NCBI GenBank assembly: GCA_030390025.1
Contig: CM059452.1
Coordinates: 10,168,001 to 10,232,000, forward strand
Direction: 5' to 3'
DNA: 64,000 nt
Origin: Squalus acanthias
Lineage: Eukaryota
Position 1 is the first letter of the stretch. Every line of letters begins with the position of its first letter. The notes beneath the pieces were generated by a model. It saw only the letters and a list, made by a program, of their open reading frames with translations, had not been told where the DNA came from and did not search any database. This document shows, one piece after another, positions 36,505 through 48,614 of the stretch. The position numbers and the translations under genes are program-made.

Positions 36505-39500
36505 TGGTATGTGTGTCTGTGTATGTTTGACTGTGNNNNNNNNNNNNNNNNNNNNNNNNNNNNNNNNNNNNNNNNNNNNNNNNNNNNNNNNNNNNNNNNN
36601 NNNNNNNNNNNNNNNNNNNNNNNNNNNNNNNNNNNNNNNNNNNNNNNNNNNNNNNNNNNNNNNNNNNNNNNNNNNNNNNNNNNNNNNNNNNNNNNNNNNN
36701 NNNNNNNNNNNNNNNNNNNNNNNNNNNNNNNNNNNNNNNNNNNNNNNNNTATGAATGTGTGTGTGTCTGTGTCTGTGTTTGAGTGTGTCTGTGTCTGTAT
36801 GTGTGCTTTGAGTGTGTGTGTTTGTGTTTGAGTGTGTGTGTGTCTGTGTGTGTGGTTTGAGTGTGTGCGTGTGTTTGAGTGTGTCTGTGTCTGTATGTGT
36901 GCTTTGAGTGTGTGTGTGTGTCTGTGTGTGTGCTTTGAGTGTGTGTGTGGTTTGAGTGTGTGCATGTGTTTAACTGTGTCTGTGTCTGTATGTGTGCTTT
37001 GAGTGTGTGTGTGGTTTGAGTGTGTGCGTGTGTTTGAGTGTGTCTGTGTCTGTATGTGTGCTTTGAGTGTGTGTGTGTGTGTTTGAGTGTGTGTGTGTCT
37101 GTGTGTGTGCTTTGAGTGTGTGTGTGTGTTTGAGTGTGTGTGTGTCTGTGTGTGGTTTGAGTGTGTGCGTGTGTTTGAGTGTGTCTGTGTCTGTATGTGT
37201 GCTTTGAGTGTGTGTGTTTGTGTTTGAGTGTGTGTGTGTCTGTATGTGTGCTTTGAGTGTGTGCGTGTGTTTGAGTGTGTGTGTGTCTGTATGTGTGGTT
37301 TGAGTGTGTGTGTTTGTGTTTGAGTGTGTGTGTGTTTGAGTGTGTGTGTGTGTCTGTGTGTGTGGTTTGAGTGTGTGCGTGTGTTTGAGTGTGTGTGTGT
37401 CTGTATGTGTGCTTTGAGTGTGTGCGTGTGTTTGAGTGTGTGTGTGTCTGTATGTGTGGTTTGAGTGTGTGTGTTTGTGTTTGAGTGTGTCTGTGTCTGT
37501 ATGTGTGCTTTGCGTGTGTGTGTTTGTGTTTGAGTGTTTGTGTGTGTTTGAGTGAGTGTGTGTTTGTGTGTGTGGTTTGAGTGTGTGTTTGTGTTTGAGT
37601 GTGTCTGTGTCTGTGTGTGTGGTTTGAGTGTGTGTCGTGTGTTTGAGTGTGTTGTGTCTGTGTGTGTGGTTTGAGTGTGTGTGTGTGTTTGAGTGTGTGT
37701 GTTTGTGTGTGTGGTTTGAGTGTGTGCGTGTGTTTGAGTGTGTCTGTGTCTGTATGTGTGGTTTGAGTGTGTGGCTGTGTTTGAGTGTGTGTGTCTGTGT
37801 GTGTGGTTTGAGTGTGTGCGTGTGTTTGAGTGTGTGTGTGTCTGTGTGTGTGGTTTGAGTGTGTGCGTGTGTTTGAGTGTGTGTGTGTCTGTGTGTGTGG
37901 TTTGAGTGTGTGCTGTGTGTTTGAGTGTGTCTGTGTCTGTGTGTGTGGTTTGAGTGTGTGCGTGTGTTTGAGTGTGTGTGTGTCTGTGTGTGTGGTTTGA
38001 GTGTGNNNNNNNNNNNNNNNNNNNNNNNNNNNNNNNNNNNNNNNNNNNNNNNNNNNNNNNNNNNNNNNNNNNNNNNNNNNNNNNNNNNNNNNNNNNNNNN
38101 NNNNNNNNNNNNNNNNNNNNNNNNNNNNNNNNNNNNNNNNNNNNNNNNNNNNNNNNNNNNNNNNNNNNNNNNNNNNNNNNNNNNNNNNNNNNNNNNNNNN
38201 NNNTGTGTTTGAGTGTGTCTGTGTCTGTATGTTTGGTTTGAGTGTGTGTGTGTGTTTGAGTGTGTCTGTGTCTGTATGTGTGCTTTGAGTGTGTGTGTGT
38301 GTGTTTGAGTGTGTGTGTGTCTGTGTGTGTGGTTTGAGNNNNNNNNNNNNNNNNNNNNNNNNNNNNNNNNNNNNNNNNNNNNNNNNNNNNNNNNNNNNNN
38401 NNNNNNNNNNNNNNNNNNNNNNNNNNNNNNNNNNNNNNNNNNNNNNNNNNNNNNNNNNNNNNNNNNNNNNNNNNNNNNNNNNNNNNNNNNNNNNNNNNNN
38501 NNNNNNNNNNNNNNNNNNNNNNNNNNNNNNNNNNNNNNNNNNNNNNNNNNNNNNNNNNNNNNNNNNNNNNNNNNNNNNNNNNNNNNNNNNNNNNNNNNNN
38601 NNNNNNNNNNNNNNNNNNNNNNNNNNNNNNNNNNNNNNNNNNNNNNNNNNNNTGTTTGAGTGTGCGTGTGNNNNNNNNNNNNNNNNNNNNNNNNNNNNNN
38701 NNNNNNNNNNNNNNNNNNNNNNNNNNNNNNNNNNNNNNNNNNNNNNNNNNNNNNNNNNNNNNNNNNNNNNNNNNNNNNNNNNNNNNNNNNNNNNNNNNNN
38801 NNNNNNNNNNNNNNNNNNNNNNNNNNNNNNNNNNNNNNNNNNNNNNNNNNNNNNNNNNNNNNNNNNNNNNNNNNNNNNNNNNNNNNNNNNNNNNNNNNNN
38901 NNNNNNNNNNNNNNNNNNNNNNNNNNNNNNNNNNNNNNNNNNNNNNNNNNNNNNNNNNNNNNNNNNNNNNNNNNNNNNNNNNNNNNNNNNNNNNNNNNNN
39001 NNNNNNNNNNNNNNNNNNNNNNNNNNNNNNNNNNNNNNNNNNNNNNNNNNNNNNNNNNNNNNNNNNNNNNNNNNNNNNNNTGTGTTTGAGTGTGTCTGTG
39101 TCTGTATGTGTGGTTTGAGTGTGTGTGTGTGTTTGAGTGTGTCTGTGTCTGTATGTGTGCTTTGAGTGTGTGTGTTGTGTGTGTTTGAGTGTGTCTGTGT
39201 CTGTGTGTGTGTTTGTGTGTGTTTGAGTGTGTCTGTGTCTGTGTGTGTGGTTTGAGTGTGTGTGTGTGTTTGAGTGTGTCTGTGTCTGTATGTGTGGTTT
39301 GAGTGTGTGTGTGTGTTTGAGTGTGTCTGTGTCTNNNNNNNNNNNNNNNNNNNNNNNNNNNNNNNNNNNNNNNNNNNNNNNNNNNNNNNNNNNNNNNNNN
39401 NNNNNNNNNNNNNNNNNNNNNNNNNNNNNNNNNNNNNNNNNNNNNNNNNNNNNNNNNNNNNNNNNNNNNNNNNNNNNNNNNNNNNNNNNNNNNNNNNNNN

Positions 39501-39823
39501 NNNNNNNNNNNNNNNNNNNNNNNNNNNNNNNNNNNNNNNNNNNNNNNNNNNNNNNNNNNNNNNNNNNNNNNNNNNNNNNNNNNNNNNNNNNNNNNNNNNN
39601 NNNNNNNNNNNNNNNNNNNNNNNNNNNNNNNNNNNNNNNNNNNNNNNNNNNNNNNNNNNNNNNNNNNNNNNNNNNNNNNNNNNNNNNNNNNNNNNNNNNN
39701 NNNNNNNNNNNNNNNNNNNNNNNNNNNNNNNNNNNNNNNNNNNNNNNNNNNNNNNNNNNNNNNNNNNNNNNNNNNNNNNNNNNNNNNNNNNNNNNNNNNN
39801 NNNNNNNNNNNNNNNNNNNNNNN
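36505..39823. repeat. (TG)-rich tttgagtgtgtg satellite with five N gaps
   Basis: N runs 36536-36749, 38006-38203, 38339-38652, 38671-39080, 39335-39823. Confidence 0.95.
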
Positions 39824-40415
39824 TTTCCAACGCTCTGTCTGCGGCTTGTACCTGACACAGGAGTGCGCTCTCTGATCACTTGTTAAAGAGTTTGCATTTC
39901 AAGCAAAGTACAACCGAATATACGTCATTAACCTTCAAAGATATCAAACATTCTGTGTATTTTTGTTAATGTTGGTGTGTGTGTATGTCATGTAATTCAT
40001 ATTCTTAAGATTACAACTATTAATGGGACACATTGACTTCAGGAATTTCTTCACGATTCACCTTAATGAGAGAGTGACAGAGTTGAATGAGAGGAAAAGT
40101 CAGAGAGAGAGAGAGAGAGAGAGAGACCGTGACACAGATAGAGACACCGAGTTAAATAGACATATATATAGAGAGAGACAATGACACACACAGACAGGCA
40201 AGGAAAGAGTTTGGAGAGATCCTGCAGTAATTGGACACAACTAACACTCATTGGTGGATTGCTGAAGACAGTTCTGAGAGACCAGCCAATCCTGTCCCTG
40301 GAAACGCCCCTCGGTTTCTCAATAAGTGAAGCCTGCCCCTGATCTGGGTTTAATCTTTATATCACAGATGTTTAGAACATTCTGTTATTTTCTGTCGAAC
40401 TCTAAACCAGACATC

Positions 40416-40854
40416 ATGTGCTCCCCATGTTCTTTACTGATAATAATGGTCGTGCTGCCCGGTGAGTCGATGTTTAAATGGTCAGTATGTGTTCCAAGGG
40501 GTTGTATTATCTCCCAGACTTTTCACACATTCTGTATTTTGTTACAGGAACGAGTGGCGAAGATTCAGTGTCTCAGGATCCGTCAGAATTAAAGGCGCAG
40601 GAAGGACAGACCATAATACTGAACTGTAGTTACTCGGCAGAGTACGGTGGCTCAACTCTCTTCTGGTACATCCAGTATCCCGGGGAAGCTCCCAGATATT
40701 TACTGAAGCGATATAGCTCGGTGTCCGGAGACAAGTCTCCAGATTTCCCAGACCGGTTCTCTGCTGATTTGGACCAAGACAAGAAAACGGTTCCTTTAAA
40801 TGTCTCCGGGGCGCTTGTCTCTGACTCTGCCGTGTATCACTGTGCGCTAATCCC
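40416..40854 (+). CDS. TCR alpha/delta V segment (family A), open frame, weak nonamer
   Basis: Leader 40416-40461; V exon 40548-40854 (LNC, FWY, YHCALIP); RSS CACACTG 40855-40861 / 23 / AGACAAACA. Confidence 0.88.
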
Positions 40855-41250
40855 CACACTGTTACAGGGGCGAAGTCAGTCAGTAGACAAACAGGCAAAG
40901 GACTCCCACCTCCTCTCATTGAATCAGATCTTGGACCTGGATTATGATCAGATAATAGAACGGAAATCAAATTATAAGGACGAGTTTGGCCGAATGGCCT
41001 GTTTCTGTGCTGTACTCTCTGTAATTCTATGTAATATCCCCATTTATATCGGCTGTGGGTAGTTCTCACGGTCAGTGAGCAGCTCTTTTAATGGGACTTT
41101 CCTGCACTTATACCAAACAACATGAACTATTTCCCTTCACTGCCTCCACCTCACAGATTGACCCTGTTAAAGGGCTAACATTGGGTTTAATCCCACTCCA
41201 CTTCTCTGTTGTGAGGAGAACAATTTCGCTCCGTTCCCCGCTCCCCGCTC

Positions 41251-41370
41251 TGACGTCATAAATTGGATAACAAAGGAGCTGTGAGATGATTGGATGACTT
41301 GGCGAACAAAGAAGCTGTGAGCTGATTGGATGTCACCTATTGACTCTGTCAGGAATGAACCAATCGGCAG
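41251..41370 (+). promoter_or_regulatory. family-C V promoter: CRE + 36-bp repeats with TCF/LEF-like (AACAAAG) and CCAAT motifs
   Basis: TGACGTCA 41251-41258 then 2 units; paralogs at 14.1 kb (-), 15.8 kb (+), 48.8 kb (-). Confidence 0.6.
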
Positions 41371-41467
41371 AGAGACAGGATATTACTCAATATCATCCCA
41401 ACTCTTGACTAAAACAATTAGAGGTTCAACCCGTTCTGTTCAAATCCGCCATCAACTCTCTGCAAAC

Positions 41468-41954
41468 ATGTTGGGTGTGACATTTCACTCAGTCGTCACA
41501 GCTGCAGCTCTATTAACCGGTAACATTGAGAATCTTCCTTTTAACTGTGCTTCTCTGTACTTGCCATGTATTCCGTCAACATTATTATATTAGTTATAAT
41601 TAAATGACAGTGAGAGCTTACAGTTCTGTATTTCTAAATTTCTGCAGGTGTCAGTGGTGCGGACTCGGTCTCACAGGGGCCGGTTACAGCGATGCAGTTT
41701 GAAGGAGACTCGGTGACCATCAATTGCAATTATTCGATCACTGCTGCTTACTATTCCTTACAATTGTACCGTCAGGACCGGGACAAAGGCCCCACATTCT
41801 TGATCTACATCCCTTCTGCTGGGGATGTTTCCAAAGCAGAGGGTGTGGGGTCTCGATTTTCTGCATCTCTCGACACTTCGAAAAGTGAGGGGAAATTCAC
41901 CATCGGCGGCCTGCGGCTGTCTGACAGCGCGGTGTATCACTGCGGGCTGAGAGA
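41468..41954 (+). CDS. TCR alpha/delta V segment (family C), open, Leu replaces conserved Trp
   Basis: Leader MLGVTFHSVVTAAALLT 41468-41519; V exon 41648-41954 (INC, LQLYRQ, YHCGLR); RSS CACAGTG 41955-41961 / 23 / ACAAAAACA 41985-41993. Confidence 0.88.
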
Positions 41955-42499
41955 CACAGTGACAGGAACCAGAGGGAGCCCCGTACAAAAACACTGCCGG
42001 AACATGACAAGGTCAGCGGGATAGCGGGCAGTGTGGGGAGAAACGGGGACTTTCTAAACTTGTCACCAGCAGGTGCTGATTTAAAATACATCCAAATAAA
42101 CAGCAAACCGAGAGCAACAGACAGGCATCGGGGAAAGTTTCCTCTGGTCCTTCTGGGTTGAATACATCCTGAACATAGTGAAAAGATGTGTTTAGAGAAT
42201 TTATACCAGTTCATAAATTAAAGATATTGCGGCAGAAACACTGCCCAAACAATTTGACATTGTGTTCCAGCCGTTCAAGGAGCTGTACACACCAGGCAAA
42301 CCCAGCGGCAGGTCTATAACACCGAGGAACGCGCTGATTGTGTGCTGCAAATATGATCAGAAACTATGTCTTTACATAAAGCCTTATTCAGTGTGTTCAG
42401 ATTCCCCAAAGCGCTTCTGGTGTGTGGTCAAGTAATCATTGAGTTACATATTTAGGCTGATTTATATCTGAATAAACCATCTACCATGGTTATTTGGAT

Positions 42500-43268
42500 T
42501 CATAGAATCATAGAAAGTTACAGCACGGAAGGAGGCCATTTCGGCCCATCGTGTCCGCGCCGGCCAACAAAGAGCTATCCAGCCTAATCCCACTTCCCAG
42601 CTCTTGGTCCGTAGCCCTGCAGGTTAGAGCATCCCAAGTGCACATCCAAGTACTTTTTAAATGTGGTTAGGGTTCCTGCCTCTACCACCCTTTCAGGCAG
42701 TGAGTTCCAGACCCTCACAACCCTCTGGGTGAAGAAGTTTCCCCTCAAATCCCCTCTAAACCTTCCCCCAATTACTTTAAAACTGTGCCCCCTGGTTTTT
42801 GACCCCTCTGCTAAGGGAAATAGGTCCTTTCTATCCACTTTATCTGTGCCCCTCATAATTTTATACAGCTCAATAAGGTCTCCCCTCAGCCTCCTCTGTT
42901 CCAAGGAAAACAGACCCAGCCTATCCAGTCTTTCCTCATAGCTAAGATTCTCTACTCCCGGCAACATCCTTGTAAATCTCCTCTGTACCCTCTCTAGTGC
43001 AATCACATCTTTCCTGTAATGTGGTGACCAGAACTGCACGCAGTACTCTAGCTGAGGCCTAACTAGTGTTTTATACAGTTGAAGCATAACCCCCTGCTCT
43101 TGTATTCTATGCCATTGCTAATAAAGGCAAGCATTCCGTATGCCTTCTTAACCACCTTATCTACCTGGCCTGCTACCTTCAGGGATCTGTGGACATGCAC
43201 TCCAAGGTCCCTTTGTTCCTCTACACTACTCAGTGTCCTACCATTTAATGTGTATTCCCTTTCCTTGT
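42500..43268 (-). mobile_element. CR1 LINE 3' fragment
   Basis: ORF 42584-43087 LVRPQLEYCVQFWSP...; catagaat tail repeats near 42500. Confidence 0.92.
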
Positions 43269-44174
43269 TACTAGCATCACCTTTTCTATCAAGCGCAGTT
43301 TATTTCATTTTTAAGTTCCAATTGTCAGGATACGGCAAAATTCACATTTTTCTTCTTGTTATCTGGCTTTTTCTTCAAAGTCTGTCCCGGAGCACCGCGT
43401 GCAATGTTTGGGCCAGCCACCAGGGGGCGGCGGGACTCCACCCTTCCGCTCAGTGAAGTCCCCGCCTTAGTTTCAGATGGAGTTTGTCAATTGGATATGA
43501 GGAACCAGTTGGCTGCGCGAAATTATTGCAATTGAAAGGGGTGCGATCTAAACCAAACTCCTGATGCGAAGATCTGAAACACAGAGGACCCGACAAATCA
43601 CCAAATTGGCACAATATTTGTTTAAAAAGCAAGATGGTGACACCGAGAATTCTGTATACCTTTAATGAACGACCACTGACGATGAAGGAAGGGGAGCGGA
43701 TACAATGATCAGTGTGAGCTGATGTCGGTCACGTGTTGAATTCCTTCAGGAACATATTTTAATTCATTTATTTTAATTCATGTGGACGTCGCTGGCAAGA
43801 CCAGCATTTACTTTCCACCCCTACTTGCACTGATACAACATTGGTGTGGGACTGGACTGCGTCACCATTTCAGGACAACGGGGGACCGGCAAATAGGCGG
43901 CCTCGCCAGCGACACCTGCAGCCCGAGAATGAATTAACATCCCACTTCTGTTTATCCAATCAGACTGGGTCTCTCTCTCTCATATGTCCAGTTATCGCAA
44001 GGACCGTTAACGGACGGTCCCGATTGGTTTAACCTGGAGCACGTGATTTGTCATTGAAGAATATTGCCGCGAGCTGCTCAGTGCAAAGACTGGATCAGCT
44101 TCCCAGCAAAGGAGAGAGTATTGGAAATCAGCTCGACCCGGAGAGGCCCACACTGGCTGGGATTGTCGGAGATC

Positions 44175-44629
44175 ATGCATTTCAAATTCACCCTTTTGAC
44201 TACACTCACCTGCTCAGCATTTAGTAAATCTTTAAAGGATGTTACAGAACAAAGCCACGGTAAACCAAGTTTCATATTAAGCCCACAATTAACCTCCAAT
44301 CAATACTTTCAGTCTTTCCACCAGATCTGAGTCTGTCTCAGGATTGGTCGGCTGTAGTCCGGAAAATGGGACAGACTTTCAGGACGCAATGTAGCTATTC
44401 AACAACAGCAGGCTGGTACGACCTGTACTAGTACCGACATTATCCCGATACACCCCCGGAGATGATCATGTGGAGACGTTCCAGCAACAGTCGGGGAAAA
44501 GCAAAAAATATTGGGAATCGCTTCACTTCTGAATTAAACACATCCTCAAAATTGTCTATTTTAACCGTCACTGATCTCCAGCTGAGTGACACGGCGCTGT
44601 ACATCTGTGGATTCGCCCCATCGCTCCGA
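44175..44629 (+). pseudogene. TCR V pseudogene
   Basis: Leader MHFKFTLLTTLTCSAF 44175-44223; frameshift in FR1; conserved Trp is TAG at 44429-44431; DTALYICG; RSS CACAGTG 44630-44636 / 23 / ACAAAAGCT 44660-44668. Confidence 0.85.
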
Positions 44630-44749
44630 CACAGTGATATGACCTAGTTCTCCTCTCGTACAAAAGCTGCCTGCGGTCTGTTTTGGCGGAGGATGAGTTT
44701 CAGTGCGGTCAGAGAGAGCTGCAGCACCGAGTGCAATTCCTGTGGGCTG

Positions 44750-45420
44750 AATCATTGAATCATACAGCACAGAAGGAGGCCATTCGGCCATGGTGCCTGT
44801 GCCGGCTCTTTGAAAGAGCTATCCAATTAGTCCAGTCCCTGTTTTTTTACCCATAGCTCTGCACATTTTTGCTTTTCAAGTATTTATCCAATTCTCTTTT
44901 GAAAGTTATTATTGAATCTGCTTCCACCACCCTCCCAGGCAGTGCGTTACAGATCATAACGACTGAGTGCCTCAACAACGTTTTCCTCCTCTTCCTTATG
45001 TGTTTTTTTGCAAATTATCTTCAATCTGTGTCTTCCAGTTACCGACCATTGTGGCAGTGGAAACAATTTCTCGCTATCTACTCTGTCAAAATCCTCATAA
45101 TTTTGAACACTTCTATTAAATCTCCTCTCAACTTTCTCTGCTCTAATGAGAACAACCCCTGTTTCTCTAGTCTATCTACGTAACTGAAGTCTTTCATCCC
45201 TGGTATAATTCTAGTAAATCTCCTCTGCACCCTCTCTAATGCCTTGACATCCTTCCTAAAGTGTGGTGCACATAATTGCACACAATACTCCAGCTGAGGC
45301 CTAAGCAATGATTTATAAAGGTTTAGTATAACTTCGTTGCTTTTGTACTCTATGCCTCTATTTATAAAGCCCACAATGCCATATGTTTGGTTTTAACACC
45401 ATCATCACCTTCAAAGACCT
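44750..45420 (-). mobile_element. CR1 LINE 3' fragment
   Basis: GFINRGIEYKS...RPQLEYCVQ...RGDLIEVFKIM. Confidence 0.9.
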
Positions 45421-47064
45421 GTGGATGAAATAGCCAGAGGACACCGCTAGATGGCGGGCGAACAGCTGAGTACAAATTCTTCCCATGGGTCATCTCACCA
45501 AGTGGAGCTGGAGATTTTGGAGAACAGGAAATTAAATGATCCGCGCCAGGGAAGGTGGCTGACAGGTAGGACTTAAGAGGGAAGGACTTGCTTTCCTGTT
45601 CAATTTATATCGAGCTACCTGCAGTTTTTCAGTCAGACTCCATGGAGGTACAGATACAACGGCGGCAAACCAGTGCCAACAAATACCCAGGCTGCAGGGT
45701 GCCATCTCTCATGTTGCATTCAAGAGAACATAAAAATAAACCAAAAATACAGAAGCGAAGTTAAACGTTGATAACATTCTGTTCGCCTCTTCCACCAGGC
45801 TTGTTGACAAGCCCCACATCTTTCTCACACAAAGGGTAACCCGCAATCTGGGATTTTCAACATCAAAAGGCTGTGGATGCTGTGGGACAATTGGAGCTTC
45901 CAAGGCTGAGATAGATAGAGTTTTTTTGGGTAAGGGTACCGAGGGATATGGAGCAAAGGCGGGTAAATGGGGTTGAGATACAGATCAGTTTGGTGCAATT
46001 AAATGGCGGAACAGGCTCAAGGGGCTGAATTACCTCCTCATATTCCTATGTAAGGATATCGAGGAATCTAGACTAAAGCGAGTAGACTGAGTTGAGGTGG
46101 AGAATAACTTTGATCTGATTGAATAGCGGAACTGGCCCGAGGGGCTGAATTGCCTCCTCCTATTCCTATCTGCCAGCTGTGGCGGGTCGGGGGGACACGA
46201 TCGGTCCCAGGGCGGGGGTTGGCAGCGGACGGCACTCGCCCAGTGAGCACCGCTCATCCTTCAGCTGGGTTTCATTTTCAAAACTGAGGCCGGGCGCTCC
46301 TCAGGGAAAGAATCTCCGTGAGTGAGACTACGGGAGCTAAAAGAGAAAAGGAGAATTCGGAACAAACACGTAGAAAGGCGGTTCGATTATATATATATAT
46401 CATGACGTATACAAATTCACTGCTCCAAGCGGCCGATTTGACTCTTATTCCCCCACCGCCCCCCCCCCCCACAGATGGGGGAAGAGATGAATCTCCCGCT
46501 CCCAGGCCGTGCCCGCCTCCACCGTGGAAAGGCTCCAGATAATAACTGGTTGGGCTTTGATGGGAATGTTCTTTTTAAATCAGTTGGCTTCACGACATTA
46601 AATATCCGCGGGTTAATGTAACGGGTAGAAATAAAATCACAAACACAGGCAGAATATGGGAACCAGATCCTGTCCTATAAACGGAGCGACCAGCCGGATG
46701 TTCCTGGCGCTGTCAGCAACCTCTTTCTCGGAGCTGATCTGAACATCGACCCATGACTTTAAGGGAAAACAGCTGATCAGAAGCAGAAAGGACAGTTTAA
46801 CCGGTCGATTCATTCTGTGATCGATCTTTCGGGCCGATTGGATTCTGCAGTTTGTTTTCTCGGCCGCTCCTGGAAACAGTTGGGTGACAGTTTGATCCGA
46901 GGTTAATTTGGTTTCCTCTCGGTGTGTGTTTGAGCGCCTGACAGCGCGCTGCACATTGTGGCTGCATCTGCCCGCGATTCCACACAACCCCAACAGACAG
47001 GAGCTCCGCCCTACAGTCCAATGGCAGTTTTTGTACAGGGGTGAGACTGCTTTCCATCACTGTG

Positions 47065-47520
47065 AGTCCCAGAGGCGCAGTAATACACGGCAGCGTCAGT
47101 CAGCTGCAGCCCGAAAATGGTTAAACTGGTGAATTTAGTCGCGGTCTGGAGCTCAGCAGAGAAACGGATTCCGAAACCTTCTCCTTTCAGTTCCTGTGCA
47201 TCGAAAGACCGTCTCCTGATTACAAACTGGGGCTGCTTCTCTGGTTGGTGCCGGTACCAATATAAATAATAGCTGCTGGCTGTGGTACTGTAGGTACATC
47301 TTATAGTCAGCGCTTCACCTTCTCTCCTGCTGACTGAAGTCTGGGACTGAGTAACAGAATCTCCATCACTCTGATCTGTAACATGTGTTCAGGAACAAGA
47401 TAAGACCGAGTATTAAAAGCTGAAATAATATTAACACTTTGGTTTGAAAACGAATTGATTCGATTCATCCTTACCGACAATAAACACCATAAACACAACC
47501 CAGGCGCTGAATAGCCGCAT
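47065..47520 (-). CDS. TCR alpha/delta V segment, apparently intact (not in ORF track)
   Basis: Leader MRLFSAWVVFMVFIV 47520-47475. V exon 47375-47065: DQSDGDSVTQSQTSVSRREGEALTIRCTYSTTASSYYLYWYRHQPEKQPQFVIRRRSFDAQELKGEGFGIRFSAELQTATKFTSLTIFGLQLTDAAVYYCASGT. RSS CACAGTG 47058-47064 / 23 / ACAAAAACT 47026-47034. Confidence 0.92.
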
Positions 47521-48562
47521 GGCCGCTGACGAGCCCGAACCTGTCGGTCCGGTTAAAAGTCCAAACCCGAACCGGAATAGACACCGTCAGAGGCGTCTAC
47601 TGGTTCACCGTCACTTCCTGGTCTCATTGTTTCCCTCCAATGCCGCAATCTCCAATCCACCCGCCGATATATTCAGTTGAGATTCAAATGAGGGCCATGG
47701 GTCACCTGAAGGCCTTTGAGCCACAGCTTAAACTATCTGAGGTTGGAATTCGTCACTCAGTGAGCCGAATCTGTGGTGTGAAGAAAGCTTCAGCTTTGCT
47801 GACGTTTAGGGATTTATTTACTGGGCCCGAATCGGTCACACTGAGTGTTTGTTTAATTTCTGTCGATGTGTGACGGCTCACCGAGAGCATTAGCTTCATT
47901 CTCCTGTTTCATTCGTGTTCACACTGAACTATCCACTCTGGGTGGTAGATTTCCTCTGCTCGCTATTTCTACCCAAACAGTTAACGCATTTACGATTTCG
48001 CTAAAGCAGCTATCCGAGAGAATCTTCCGCTTGTGTGCCTCCAGGAGAAGGTTATTCAAACCCGACCCCCGCCCCCCCCCCCCCCACCCCCGTCAACCAC
48101 CTCGGTCTGATTAGTGACAGTAAGTGAAATCAATTGAACATCTTCATCTACATTGAAACCGATATTTTGTCACCGAGATAATAACTTACCGCCATCAAAT
48201 GACTCAGACAGACCGCTGTCCATCTGTTTGCCAGTCATCAGCCTTGAAACCTCCATAAAGGACTCTCACTCATCTGCCTGGATTTTGTACATACACATTA
48301 CATATTTATTTTTAACAAAGATAAATATGTATTAAAATAAACAGTTTAAGCTCCAATCTACAAGTACTAGCTGTCAGCCGTGGCTCAGTTGTGTTTATCT
48401 AGTTTCCCCCAAACACTGTTCAGTGTTGCGTCAAGGATGTTCCAGATGGTTTTCTTCACTTCGTATCAACCTATTGATATTCTTGTGTTCAGGCAACTGA
48501 CCGATTAAATATAATGTATGATACAGATGTGAAATACAGTATTGTGTAACTTGTAAACTTAC

Positions 48563-48614
48563 CAGTTAAGAGAGCTGCAGCTGTGACGAATGAATACAAA
48601 GTAACAGCCAACAT
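48563..48614 (-). other. second orphan family-C leader exon with promoter (48750-48905)
   Basis: MLAVTLYSFVTAAALLT+G|gtaagt; downstream 48405-48560 matches 13740-13895; no family-C V exon follows. Confidence 0.8.

Noticed and set aside
36423-39886. 1135-aa and 969-aa His/Thr-rich ORFs
   Set aside because: TG satellite plus N gaps; not genes. The gaps could hide unseen sequence.
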